A DNA stretch of 64,000 bases from assembly GCA_963753435.1 (NCBI GenBank), contig CAVWCF010000001.1, forward strand, positions 800,001 through 864,000. Reading direction: 5' to 3'. Positions within the stretch are counted from its first letter, which is position 1. Each line of letters opens with the position of its first letter. The translations under genes were made by a program, and so were the position numbers. Shown here one piece after another: positions 9,500 through 19,437 of the stretch. Source of the DNA: an uncultured Actinomycetota bacterium (GTDB lineage: Bacteria; Actinomycetota; Actinomycetes; CAVWCF01). The notes under the pieces are model-generated. The model did no database searches. It saw only the letters and a program-made list of their open reading frames with translations, and was not told the origin of the DNA.

Positions 9500-10215
9500 C
9501 GGAGTCGCCGGTGGTTACCGGCTCACTGCTCTTCGAGCTCGCTGACCGGTTGCGGGATCGGCTGGTCGGCAGGGTTAACGGACAGGCCAGCCCGGAAGGC
9601 TTCGCGCTGCACCTGGCCGACGGCACGACTATCGGGTCCGTCGAAGTGTGGCGCTCTGATCAGGTCCGGATAGCCGTAGAGGTCCGATTGGCCGACCCGG
9701 TGCGCGGCCTAGCGGCGTCCATGCTGCACGCGTTCTCGCCGCGGTCGTCACAGTCGCCGCATCTCGTGTGCGACATGGCGCTGCTCGGCCACAAACTCGC
9801 TGTCGGCGCGGACTTGGTACCGCGAACCGACCCGGCCGACACCCCAGAGTGGGCAACACAGGTCTGGGGACCATTGCTGCCCGCCCACGAGCTCTACCTG
9901 GCCACCCCGGGGGTGCGCACGACCACGGATGTAAGCGCGCGGTTGCGATGGCTGTGTTCGCCGTGGCTGATAACCACTTCCCAAGGCTTCGAAAACACCG
10001 ACGCCGCCGAGCGCATTCTGGAAGCTCTCATCGACCGATTCGCCGAGCTCAGTGGGCCCCCCGGGCCTTCCGCCGATGCCCTGTGGGCGGACCGCGATCG
10101 TCGCTACCTGGCGGCACTGTTCGCCGAAGAAACCGACCCTGTTTGGGAAGTCATGTCCGAACTGATCGGAGAGCCCACCCGCGACCGCCTGGTCTCGCTC
10201 ATGGTCGACGGCTGA
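9496..10215 (+). CDS. Red chlorophyll catabolite reductase / ferredoxin-dependent bilin reductase-like protein
   Basis: RCCR-type motifs PHLVCD, DLVPRTD, RxxxSPW, RDxxY...ETDPVW...LIG; ATGA overlap with the upstream gene. Confidence 0.62.
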   Translation: MTESPVVTGSLLFELADRLRDRLVGRVNGQASPEGFALHLADGTTIGSVEVWRSDQVRIAVEVRLADPVRGLAASMLHAFSPRSSQSPHLVCDMALLGHKLAVGADLVPRTDPADTPEWATQVWGPLLPAHELYLATPGVRTTTDVSARLRWLCSPWLITTSQGFENTDAAERILEALIDRFAELSGPPGPSADALWADRDRRYLAALFAEETDPVWEVMSELIGEPTRDRLVSLMVDG

Positions 10216-10268
10216 TCGGAGCCGACAAGTCATCGGCGGGCATCGACCGCATCCGGTAGTAAGGGCGC

Positions 10269-11495
10269 ATGAGCCCCGTTCTGCGTGCAGCAACGGCCGC
10301 GGACCTGCCGGCCATCCGGTCAGTTGACGAGTTCGCGTTCGGCACCGAGATCCCCGACAGTGTTTGGACGGCGTGGACCGAGGCGTTCCCGGTTGCCAGG
10401 GCATACGTTGCCGAGTCGGACGGCACCATCGTCGGCCAGACCGCGTCGCACCGGTTCCAGATGTCCGTCCCCGGCGGCTGGGTCCCCACGGCCGGTGTCA
10501 CTTTCGTGGCAGTGCATCCGCTGCACCGACGCCAAGGCTTGTTGCGCGCCCTGATGACGCGCCAGCTGACCGAACTAGCCGCTGCGGGAGAGCCGATCGC
10601 ACTGCTCTGGGCCTCCGAGCCCGCCATCTACGGCCGCTACGGCTTCGGGCCGGCGGCTGAGCACCTTGACCTCACGGTGCCGGCGGACCCGGCCGCGCTG
10701 CCGGTCCTGCCTGGGGAGGAGTCCCTCCGGGTGGACACCCCGGCACCAACGCAGGCCCGATCCGCCGCCGAGGCCGTCCTGAAGCGAGTGGCCGCCCAAA
10801 GAGCTGGCGTGCTGTCGACCGACGCCGACGCCTGGCCGCTGCGGGTCTTGGACGCCCCCGAACGGCGTGGTGGCTCCGGGAGATTGCGGGCCGCGGTCGT
10901 CTCCGACGGCAGCGGCCAACCCGTTGCCTACGCCCTGTTCGCGCCGACGCAGAGTTGGGACCACGGCCAAGCCGACGGCTCGGTCGCGATCCGCGAGTTC
11001 GCTGCCGTCGACGCGGTCGCCCGGAGTCGGCTGTGGCGGTTCCTGATGTCCCTGGACCTGATGGCCCGGCTGCACTGGGAGTACGCGCCCGCCGACGAGC
11101 CACTACCGCTCATGACGCACGCGTCCCGGCAGATCGTCACGGGTCGTCGCGACAGCATCTGGGTCCGGGTGCTGGACGTCGAAGCGGCGCTACTAGCACG
11201 CACCTACGCGACGGCGCTCGACGTGGTCCTGGAGGTCCACGACGGCCTGATGGCGGACTGCGCCGGACGCTGGCGGCTCACCACCGACGGCGCAACGGCG
11301 ACCTGTGCCCGAACCGAGGACCCCCCGGACCTGAGCATGTCGGTGGCGGCCCTGGGTTCGGCCTACCTCGGCGGCCAGGCATTCGCGAGGCTGGCCGAGG
11401 CCGGGTTGGTCACCGAGCAGACGCCGGGGGCACTGGCGGCAGCCACCACTGCCTTCGGTTCGACTCTGCAGCCATGGTGCCCATTCGTCTTCTGA
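10269..11495 (+). CDS. Eis-family GNAT acetyltransferase with C-terminal SCP2-like domain
   Basis: VAVHPLHRRQGLLRALM, LWASEPAIYGRYGFG, WVRVLDVEAALLARTY, LGSAYLGG, terminal PWCPFVF. Confidence 0.92.
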   Translation: MSPVLRAATAADLPAIRSVDEFAFGTEIPDSVWTAWTEAFPVARAYVAESDGTIVGQTASHRFQMSVPGGWVPTAGVTFVAVHPLHRRQGLLRALMTRQLTELAAAGEPIALLWASEPAIYGRYGFGPAAEHLDLTVPADPAALPVLPGEESLRVDTPAPTQARSAAEAVLKRVAAQRAGVLSTDADAWPLRVLDAPERRGGSGRLRAAVVSDGSGQPVAYALFAPTQSWDHGQADGSVAIREFAAVDAVARSRLWRFLMSLDLMARLHWEYAPADEPLPLMTHASRQIVTGRRDSIWVRVLDVEAALLARTYATALDVVLEVHDGLMADCAGRWRLTTDGATATCARTEDPPDLSMSVAALGSAYLGGQAFARLAEAGLVTEQTPGALAAATTAFGSTLQPWCPFVF

Positions 11496-11501
11496 ACGGC
11501 C

Positions 11502-11978
11502 CTAGGGCGTGGCGGGCAAGTCCGGCAGCACGTGGGAAACCTCGTATTCGCTCAGCATGTCGATACGACGCTGGTGCCGGTCGTCGCCGGAGAAGGGCGT
11601 AGACACGAATGCGTCCACGATCGCCAACGCATCCTGCTCGCTGTGCATCCGCGCACCCAGGCTGACGAGGTTGGCGTCGTTGTGCTGCCTGGCCAGGCGT
11701 GCCGTCTCCTCGCTCCAAGCGAGCGCGGCCCGCGCCCCCGGGACCTTGTTGGCCGCCATCTGTTCCCCGTTGCCGGACCCACCCAGCACGATCCCGAGGC
11801 TGCCGGGGTCAGCCACCACTGCCGCCGCTGCGGCCAGGCAGAACGGGGGGTAGTCGTCAGCCGGATCCAGGACCGCTGGCCCATGGTCCACCAGTTCGTG
11901 CCCGGCCTGCCCCAGGTGCTCGCGGAGGCGTTCCTTCAACTCGAAACCGGCGTGATCGGCACCCAAGTGGATTCGCAT
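11502..11978 (-). CDS. rpiB: Ribose-5-phosphate isomerase B
   Basis: GADHAGFELK, DDYP, GGSGNGEQMAANKV, HNDAN, RHQRRI. Confidence 0.97.
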   Translation of the reverse strand: MRIHLGADHAGFELKERLREHLGQAGHELVDHGPAVLDPADDYPPFCLAAAAAVVADPGSLGIVLGGSGNGEQMAANKVPGARAALAWSEETARLARQHNDANLVSLGARMHSEQDALAIVDAFVSTPFSGDDRHQRRIDMLSEYEVSHVLPDLPATP

Positions 11979-12091
11979 AGCGGCGAAGTGTCGCACCCGG
12001 GATCGCCCCGGTCAGCGCCGGTTGGATTCGGCGCAGCCGCGCGGCGCACCCTAGGTTTGCCCCGTCGAGACGATCACCCAGGAGGAAAGCG

Positions 12092-14626
12092 GTGCCCAAC
12101 ATCGCCAGGGATGCGGCCCATCGCCGTGCTCAGCAGGTCGCGGTACTCAGCTACGCGGTGGATCTCGACCTCACAACCGAGGACACCTTCCGCTCCGAGA
12201 CGACGGTGCGACTGCACTGCCAGCAGCCCGACGTGAAGACGTGGTTGGACCTGGTCGCGGACCGGGTGGAGTCGCTGACCATCGACGGGGAGAGCACTGA
12301 GGTCGACTACGACGGCGAGCACCTGCAGCTTCCGGTGCTGCCCGCTGGCGACCACGAGATCAAGGTGGTCGCCGACTGCAACTACATGCACTCCGGCGAG
12401 GGACTGCACCGGTTCACCGACCCGGCCGACGGCGAGGTGTACCTGTACACCCAGCACGAGCCGATGGACGCGTGCCGGGTGTTCGCATGCATGGATCAGC
12501 CGGACCTGAAGGCGACTTGGCAGCTGAGCGTCACCGCCCCGGCGGAGTGGACGGTGCTGTCGTGCAGTCCGACGCCGGACCCGGAACCGGCCGCGAACGG
12601 GATGAGCCGTTGGGTGTTCGACCCGACGCCGCGAATCTCCACCTACATCACCGCGCTCGTCGCCGGCCGCTACTCCGGCGTGACGGACTCGGTGACCGTG
12701 CAGGGGCGCACCATCCCGCTCGGGGTCTACTGCCGCACCTCTCTCGTGGAGCACCTGGAGGCCGAGCAGATCTTCGACATCACCAAGCGCGGATTCGAGT
12801 TCTTCACCGAGCAGTTCGGCACGGAGTACCCGTTCGCCAAGTACGACCAGGTGATGGTCCCGGAGTTCAACGCCGGCGCCATGGAGAACGCCGGTTGCGT
12901 GACGTTCCACGAGGACTACGCGATCTTCCGCAGCCGCGTGACCGAGGCTGCACGTGATTGGCGGGCCAACACAATCCTGCACGAACTTGCCCACATGTGG
13001 TTCGGCAACCTGGTGACGATGCAGTGGTGGGACGACCTGTGGCTGAACGAGTCGTTCGCCGAGTTCATGGCCTACCACGCGATGGCCGAGGCGACCACGG
13101 AGTACCGGGACTCCTGGACGGGCTTCTCCGCCGGCCGCAAATCGTGGGGATACCGGCAGGACGCGCTGTCGACAACCCACCCGATCGCTGCCGACGCTCC
13201 CGACCTGTTGACCGCCCAAACCAACTTCGACGGCATCACTTACGCCAAGGGCGCATCGGTGCTGCGCCAGTTGGTCGCCTGGGTCGGCGTCGACGCGTTC
13301 ATGGCCGGGGTCCGCGCCTACATGGCCAAGCACGCCTGGGGCAACACCCGCCTGGTCGATCTGCTCTCGGAACTGGAGACCACGTCCGGGCGGGACCTCT
13401 CCGAATGGACCCAGGCGTGGCTGCAGGAAGCCGGCACCAACACCCTGCGACCGGTGCTGTCCGTCGACGGAGACACGATCAAGTCCCTGACGGTGGCACA
13501 GTCCGCTCCAACCGGGCACCCGCAACTGCGTCCCCACCGCATCGGCATCGGTCTGTACGACAACACCGACGGCCAACTGGTCCGACGGGACTCGATCGAG
13601 CTGGACATCACCGGGGCCAGCAGCGACGTTGCCGCGATCGCCGGTAAGCGAGTCCCCGACCTGCTGCTGCTCAACGACGGGGATCTCACGTTCGCGAAGA
13701 TCCGGCTGGACGCCGACTCCGCCGACACCGCGACCAAGTCGATCGCTGCGATCTCGGACTCACTCACCCGGGCCCTGATCTGGAGTGCGTCGTGGGACAT
13801 GACCCGCGACGCGGAACTGCCCACGAGCAGCTTCCTGCGACTGGTCGCCGGCGGGGTGCAGACCGAAACCCACCAAGTCGTGCTGCAGACGGTGCTGCGC
13901 CAAGCCGCGGCGGCGTGGTCGCAGTACAGCGCTCCCGCCAATCGCGACGCCAACCGGGCAGTGCTCGTGGACGCTTATCGGGAAGCCCTGCACTCTGCCA
14001 AGCCTGGCTCCGACCACCAACTTGCCTTCGTTCGCGCCTTCGCCGAGCTGGCGGTGTCGGCTTCGGACCTGGACTGGCTGGCCGGGCTACGTCGCGGCAG
14101 TGAGTCCCTGGACGGGCTGACGGTGGATACCGACCTGCGTTGGGACCTGCTCGACCGGCTGATCACCGTCGGGTATGCCGAGCCGGCCGAGGTGGAATCC
14201 GAACTGGCCGAGGACGACACGGCCAACGGTCAGCGCCGGGCGGCCGTCCTGCGTGCGGCCGTGCCCACCGCACCGGCCAAGGAGGCCGCCTGGCAGGCGG
14301 CGGTGTTCGACACCTCGTTGCCCAACGCGCTGCAGACGGCGACGATCACCGGCTTCACGCGGGCTGATCAAACTGAACTGCTCGCTGCCTACCGCGACCG
14401 CTACTTCGCCGACGTCACCAAGGCCTACAAGGTGCAAACGACCGAGATGGCGACGAACGTCGCCCAAGGGCTGTTTCCAGCGCTACTGGTGGAGGAGGCC
14501 ACGGTGGCCGCAGCGGAGGGGTTCCTCGACGGCGACGGGCTGCCACAGCCGCTGCGCCGGGCCGTGGAAGAGGGCCGTGATGGCGTGGCGCGGGCCATCC
14601 GAGCGCGGGCGCGCGACGGCGCCTGA
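12092..14626 (+). CDS. pepN: Aminopeptidase N (M1 family)
   Basis: GAMEN, HELAHMWFG(x18)E zinc motif, FDGITYAKG; AGGAGG RBS. Confidence 0.97.
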   Translation: MPNIARDAAHRRAQQVAVLSYAVDLDLTTEDTFRSETTVRLHCQQPDVKTWLDLVADRVESLTIDGESTEVDYDGEHLQLPVLPAGDHEIKVVADCNYMHSGEGLHRFTDPADGEVYLYTQHEPMDACRVFACMDQPDLKATWQLSVTAPAEWTVLSCSPTPDPEPAANGMSRWVFDPTPRISTYITALVAGRYSGVTDSVTVQGRTIPLGVYCRTSLVEHLEAEQIFDITKRGFEFFTEQFGTEYPFAKYDQVMVPEFNAGAMENAGCVTFHEDYAIFRSRVTEAARDWRANTILHELAHMWFGNLVTMQWWDDLWLNESFAEFMAYHAMAEATTEYRDSWTGFSAGRKSWGYRQDALSTTHPIAADAPDLLTAQTNFDGITYAKGASVLRQLVAWVGVDAFMAGVRAYMAKHAWGNTRLVDLLSELETTSGRDLSEWTQAWLQEAGTNTLRPVLSVDGDTIKSLTVAQSAPTGHPQLRPHRIGIGLYDNTDGQLVRRDSIELDITGASSDVAAIAGKRVPDLLLLNDGDLTFAKIRLDADSADTATKSIAAISDSLTRALIWSASWDMTRDAELPTSSFLRLVAGGVQTETHQVVLQTVLRQAAAAWSQYSAPANRDANRAVLVDAYREALHSAKPGSDHQLAFVRAFAELAVSASDLDWLAGLRRGSESLDGLTVDTDLRWDLLDRLITVGYAEPAEVESELAEDDTANGQRRAAVLRAAVPTAPAKEAAWQAAVFDTSLPNALQTATITGFTRADQTELLAAYRDRYFADVTKAYKVQTTEMATNVAQGLFPALLVEEATVAAAEGFLDGDGLPQPLRRAVEEGRDGVARAIRARARDGA

Positions 14627-14629
14627 GGT

Positions 14630-14992
14630 TCAGCCGGGGCGGGTGTGCGCGGCCAGCGCCGCAAGCCCATCGACCACGCCGTCCACCAGCCGGCCAGACG
14701 AGAACTGCGAAACCATCGTGCCGACGGCCAACGCACAGCCACGATCGTCTACCCGTCTGGACGCTGCGGCGCCGGTAACGACCTCCACCGCCCGCGCGTC
14801 CGGATCCACGGCGACCAGGACGGTCGCACTCGGATCGGCCAGGCGAGCATGCAGCCCCTCGGCCGCCTTGCGCGGTTCGGGCGCAAGCGCTCCCACGTAG
14901 ACGGAGAACTGCAAGCCCGTGGTCTGTTCGGCCTGCGTCACCGCGGCACTGATACGCCGCCGCTGCTTGGCCGTCACCTCACCAGCGGGCAC
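14630..14992 (-). CDS. TPM/DUF5130 family protein (Rv2468c / CtaI-like)
   Basis: TGLQFSVYVG, VLVAVDPxxRxVEVVTG, GxLVDG; synteny next to pepN. Confidence 0.8.
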   Translation of the reverse strand: MPAGEVTAKQRRRISAAVTQAEQTTGLQFSVYVGALAPEPRKAAEGLHARLADPSATVLVAVDPDARAVEVVTGAAASRRVDDRGCALAVGTMVSQFSSGRLVDGVVDGLAALAAHTRPG

Positions 14993-15302
14993 CGCGGCCC
15001 CCGGTGGACTCGGCAGCGGTCACGGATTCGTCGGCACCGGGATTGATCCAGGTCGCGCCGTCGGGCGACTCCTCGGCGTCCGGCTCCTCGGCCGCCCCCG
15101 CGCCACGGGTCCCCGGCAGCATCACCAGGGCGACGATCACCGCGATGACGAGCAAGGGAATCCCGGCAAACAACAAGATCGCTTCAGCCGCACTCAAAGA
15201 TGAGATGTCCTCCGGTGGCTGCGGTTCCAGCGCGGCAGCGCCGCCAGCCGAAAGCGCGAGGAACAACCCGGACAGGCCCACAATCGCGGTCATGCGCAGC
15301 AC
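14979..15302 (-). CDS. Small membrane protein (Rv2468A / CtaJ-like)
   Basis: TM helix FAGIPLLVIAVIVALV and C-terminal GGRGARW resembling the CtaJ-type GG..S.W end; overlaps the TPM gene. Confidence 0.65.
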   Translation of the reverse strand: MLRMTAIVGLSGLFLALSAGGAAALEPQPPEDISSLSAAEAILLFAGIPLLVIAVIVALVMLPGTRGAGAAEEPDAEESPDGATWINPGADESVTAAESTGGRGARW

Positions 15303-15346
15303 GTCCGCACGTTATCCGACAGACCCGCGCTGCGTAGGGTCACCCG

Positions 15347-17434
15347 GTGACCTCGAACGAACCGGCCCCGGATGCCGTGCCCCGCGATGACGTCGTAGAA
15401 ACCCTGCACGGGGTCGAGGTAGTCGACCCCTACCGCTGGTTGGAGGATCCCCAGAGCGAGGCGACCCGCGAGTGGGGGGCAGACCAGGACAGCCGATTCG
15501 CGGCCGCTCAGGCCGACTGGCCGCTGCGGCAACATTTCGCCGACCGGGTCACGCAACTGCTGCAGGCCGGCAGCGTGTCCGCACCGGCCTGGCGGGGACA
15601 GCGGCAGTTCTTCACCCGGCGCACGGCGACCCAGGAGCACTCCGTGCTGCTCACCGTCGACGCCGACGGTGTCGAACGGGTGCTCTTTGATCCCGTGGCG
15701 GTCGATCCTTCCGGCGGTACGACGTTGGACTCCTGGCAACCCAGCAAGGAGGGACATCTGCTCGCCTACCAGGTGTCCGAGGGCGGCCGGGAGGAGTCGG
15801 TGCTGCGGGTAATGGACGTGGCGACCGGCCGCGATGTCGATGGACCCATTGACCGCGCCCGGTACTCGCCCGTGGCTTGGCTACCCGGTGGCGAGGCGTT
15901 CTACTACGTGCGCCGACTGCCCGCCGCCGATGTCCCCGAAGGCGAGGCGCAGTACCACCGGCGCGTCTACCTGCACCGACTCGGCGCCGGCGCCGATACG
16001 GACGTGGAGGTCTTCGGTGCCGGTCGCCTGATGACGGAGTACTACGGCGTCTCGGTGTCGATGGACGGCCGCTGGCTCGTGGTTTCGGCAAGCGAAGGCA
16101 CCGCACCGCGCAACGACTTGTGGCTGGCCGACCTGTCCACCGGCGAGTTGGGCGCACCCAACCTGCGCACAGTGCAATCCGGCGTCGACGCCCAGACCGG
16201 GCTGCATGTGGGTCGCGACGGACGCCTGTACGTGTTCACTGACGCAGACGCGCCGCGGGGCCGGCTGGCAGTAACCGATCCATTGGCCCCCGAAGCCGAC
16301 AACTGGGTGGATCTGGTCGGTGAAGACCCCGAAGCGGTGCTGGACGGCTTCGCCATCCTGGACGGGCCAGAGGCACCGCCGACCCTGCTGGTTTCCTGGA
16401 CCCGGCACGGCGTCGGTGAGATCACCGTTCATGGCCTGGACGGCAAACGCCGGGGCGCCGTGGCGTTGCCGGGCTTGGGCAGCATCTCCGGGATCGCCGA
16501 GCGGCCGGAGGGTGGGCATGAAGCCTGGTTCGCCTACACAGACGAGACCCACCCGGTCTCCGTCTGGCGCTACGACGCCCGCGACGAGTCGCTGTCGCTG
16601 TGGGCCGACCCGCCGGGCACAGTGCAACCACCGCCGGTTCGCAACCGCCAGGTCACCTACCGCAGTGGCGACGGGACCGAGGTCCGCATGCTGCTCACCG
16701 AGCCGGCCGATGCCGTCGGCCCGCGGCCGGCGCTGCTCAACGGCTACGGCGGCTTCGGGCTGTCGTTGACGCCCGCCTATTCGGCCGCGGCGCTGGCATG
16801 GGTCGAGGCCGGCGGGGTGTACGCGGTCGCGAACATCCGCGGTGGCGGTGAGGAAGGCGAGTCCTGGCACCGCGACGGGATGCTCGCCAACAAGCACCAC
16901 TGCTTTGAGGATTTCGAGGCCGCCGCACAGTGGCTCATCGACGAAGGCATCACGACCGCCGAGCAATTGACGATCATGGGCGGGTCCAACGGCGGGCTGT
17001 TGGTGGGCGCCTGCCTGACCCGTCGACCAGACCTGTTCGCGGCAGTCGTTTGCAGTGCCCCGTTGCTGGACATGGTGCGCTACGAGAAGTTCGGTCTAGG
17101 CGCGACTTGGAACGTCGAATACGGCTCCGCCGCCGATCCCGAGCAGTTCTCCTGGCTGTACTCGTACTCGCCCTACCACCACGTTGCAGACCAGGTTGCC
17201 TACCCGGCCGTGCAGTTCCAGGTCTTCGACGGCGACACTCGGGTGGATCCGCTGCACGCACGCAAGATGTGCGCTGCGCTGCAGCACTCCACCACCGGCG
17301 GGCCGGTTGTGCTGCGGCGCGAAACCGACGTCGGGCACGGTGCCCGGGCAATCTCCCGCTCAGTTGCGCTGATCGCGGACACCCTCGGTTTCGCGGCCAC
17401 CATGACCGGTCTGGGTGAGGCTTCGCAGAGTTAG
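15347..17434 (+). CDS. Prolyl oligopeptidase (S9A)
   Basis: HGVEVVDPYRWLED, GYGGF, ANIRGGGE, GGSNGG nucleophile, DTRV and GHG catalytic residues. Confidence 0.95.
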   Translation: MTSNEPAPDAVPRDDVVETLHGVEVVDPYRWLEDPQSEATREWGADQDSRFAAAQADWPLRQHFADRVTQLLQAGSVSAPAWRGQRQFFTRRTATQEHSVLLTVDADGVERVLFDPVAVDPSGGTTLDSWQPSKEGHLLAYQVSEGGREESVLRVMDVATGRDVDGPIDRARYSPVAWLPGGEAFYYVRRLPAADVPEGEAQYHRRVYLHRLGAGADTDVEVFGAGRLMTEYYGVSVSMDGRWLVVSASEGTAPRNDLWLADLSTGELGAPNLRTVQSGVDAQTGLHVGRDGRLYVFTDADAPRGRLAVTDPLAPEADNWVDLVGEDPEAVLDGFAILDGPEAPPTLLVSWTRHGVGEITVHGLDGKRRGAVALPGLGSISGIAERPEGGHEAWFAYTDETHPVSVWRYDARDESLSLWADPPGTVQPPPVRNRQVTYRSGDGTEVRMLLTEPADAVGPRPALLNGYGGFGLSLTPAYSAAALAWVEAGGVYAVANIRGGGEEGESWHRDGMLANKHHCFEDFEAAAQWLIDEGITTAEQLTIMGGSNGGLLVGACLTRRPDLFAAVVCSAPLLDMVRYEKFGLGATWNVEYGSAADPEQFSWLYSYSPYHHVADQVAYPAVQFQVFDGDTRVDPLHARKMCAALQHSTTGGPVVLRRETDVGHGARAISRSVALIADTLGFAATMTGLGEASQS

Positions 17435-17471
17435 CGGTCGCCGTCGCGGCCGATGGTGGACACAATGAAGC

Positions 17472-19016
17472 ATGCGCGCATTGGTCACCGGGGCGACCGG
17501 CTACATCGGCGGACGCCTGGTACCTGAACTGCTGCAGGCCGGCTGGCAGGTGCGCGTCCTGGCGCGGCACCCGGAACGGTTGCGCGATCGACCCTGGGCG
17601 GATGCCGTCGAAGTGCACGCCGGAGATGTGACGGTGGCTGCGGACGTTGATCAGGCCCTCGCCGACGTGGACGTCGCCTACTACCTGGTGCACTCGCTGA
17701 CCCGGCACGACTTCGAGGCCGCGGACCGGCTCGCGGCGCAGACGTTCGCGGCCGCCGCCGCGCGTGCCGAGTTGCCCAGGCTCGTCTATCTGGGCGGGCC
17801 GGAACCCACCACGCAGACGCTCAGCCCCCACCTGCGGTCTCGGGCCGAGGTGGGCCAGATCTTCCTCGACAGTCCCGTGCCGACCGTGGTTCTGCGGGCT
17901 CCGGTGATCATCGGCTCGGGCTCGGCGTCCTTCGAGATGTTGCGCTACCTGACCGAGCGGCTGCCGGTGATGGTTACCCCGCGGTGGGTGGACAACCTGA
18001 TCCAGCCCATTGCTGTTCGCGACGTGCTGCGCTACCTCGTCGGGGTCGCCGATGTGCCCCAACCTCTGAATCGGGCGTTCGACATCGCCGGTCCGGATCG
18101 GCTCAGCTACCTGCAGATGATGCGCCGCTACGCCAAGGTGGCGGGCCTGAACCGGCGGATTGTCGTCAAGGTCCCGGTCCTGACCCCGGGGCTTTCCAGC
18201 CGCTGGGTCGGACTGGTGACACCGGTGCCGCCCGGGATAGCCAGGCCGCTGATCGAGTCAATTCGCAACGACGCGGTCGCCACCGAACACGACATCGCCG
18301 AGTACGTGCCGGACCCGCCGACCGGTCTGATCGGGTTCGACGAGGCGGTCGCGCTGGCCCTGCAGCGCATCGGTGAGGCGAACGTGGCCACTCGCTGGTC
18401 GCAGGCGTCGGTGCCGGGGGCCCCCAGCGATCCGCTCCCCAGCGACCCGGACTGGGCCGGCGGGTCCATGTACACCGACGAGCGCCGGATCGATGTCGCC
18501 GCGCCACCGGATGCGCTGTGGCGGGTCATCGAAGGAATCGGCGGGGACAACGGCTGGTACTCCCCCAAGTGGGCCTGGGAGTTGCGCGGACTGCTTGACC
18601 GAGCAGTCGGCGGAGTGGGACTACGCCGGGGCCGCCGCGACCAGAACCGGGTGCAGATCGGAGAGTCGCTGGACTTCTGGCGGGTGGAAGAACGCATCCC
18701 CGGCCAACTGCTGCGACTGCGCGCGGAGATGCGCCTGCCTGGTCTGGCCTGGCTGGAACTGCGCGTGGACGACCCTGCCGCGACGTCCTGCACCTACTCC
18801 CAGCGCGCAGTGTTCGTCCCGCGCGGCCTCGCCGGGCACGCCTACTGGTGGTCCATCGCCGCCCTGCACGGCATCGTGTTCGGCACCATGACACGTCGCA
18901 TCGCCCGCAAGGCAGAACGTCTGGCCGCCACGGCCCCGCCGCTAGAGGCTGGAATCGACCCGTTGGACCAGCCCGAGCCGAGAACGGGGCCGGGCCGGGA
19001 GACAATCACCGGGTGA
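17472..19016 (+). CDS. NAD(P)-binding SDR/epimerase fused to a DUF2867 (SRPBCC-like) domain (YbjT-like)
   Basis: [48 protein letters not shown]. Confidence 0.9.
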   Translation: MRALVTGATGYIGGRLVPELLQAGWQVRVLARHPERLRDRPWADAVEVHAGDVTVAADVDQALADVDVAYYLVHSLTRHDFEAADRLAAQTFAAAAARAELPRLVYLGGPEPTTQTLSPHLRSRAEVGQIFLDSPVPTVVLRAPVIIGSGSASFEMLRYLTERLPVMVTPRWVDNLIQPIAVRDVLRYLVGVADVPQPLNRAFDIAGPDRLSYLQMMRRYAKVAGLNRRIVVKVPVLTPGLSSRWVGLVTPVPPGIARPLIESIRNDAVATEHDIAEYVPDPPTGLIGFDEAVALALQRIGEANVATRWSQASVPGAPSDPLPSDPDWAGGSMYTDERRIDVAAPPDALWRVIEGIGGDNGWYSPKWAWELRGLLDRAVGGVGLRRGRRDQNRVQIGESLDFWRVEERIPGQLLRLRAEMRLPGLAWLELRVDDPAATSCTYSQRAVFVPRGLAGHAYWWSIAALHGIVFGTMTRRIARKAERLAATAPPLEAGIDPLDQPEPRTGPGRETITG

Positions 19017-19390
19017 CTTCGGACAGTTTCTACGACGCCATCGGCGGCCACGAGACCTTTCGCCGACTCGTGGCCCGGTTCTACGAGGGCGTCGCGACCG
19101 ACCCGGCGCTGCGGCCGATGTATCCGGAGGAGGACCTGGGCCCGGCCGCCGAGCGGCTGCTGATGTTCCTGGAGCAGTACTGGGGTGGCCCCAAGACCTA
19201 CCAGGAGCAGCGCGGCCACCCGCGCCTACGGATGCGCCACGCGCCGTACGAGATCGACGAGGCGGCTCGTGATGCGTGGCTTCGGCACATGCGCGACGCC
19301 ATGGACGAACTCAAACTGCCACCGGAGCACGACGATCAACTGTGGGAGTACCTGATCATGGCGGCGTTCGGCATGCAGAACACCGAGTGA
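19013..19390 (+). CDS. glbO: Group II truncated haemoglobin
   Basis: [30 protein letters not shown]; GTGA overlap with the upstream gene. Confidence 0.95.
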   Translation: MTSDSFYDAIGGHETFRRLVARFYEGVATDPALRPMYPEEDLGPAAERLLMFLEQYWGGPKTYQEQRGHPRLRMRHAPYEIDEAARDAWLRHMRDAMDELKLPPEHDDQLWEYLIMAAFGMQNTE

Positions 19391-19437
19391 TTGAGCAGTC
19401 CCAGCAGCTGCGTCGAAGTGTCCCCGCCAATGACGCG

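Noticed and set aside
6273-11500. Integrative element at tRNA-Gly (also considered at tRNA-Ile2 and tRNA-Asn)
   Set aside because: No integrase or transposase, and no duplicated tRNA 3' end seen; treated as a variable region only.
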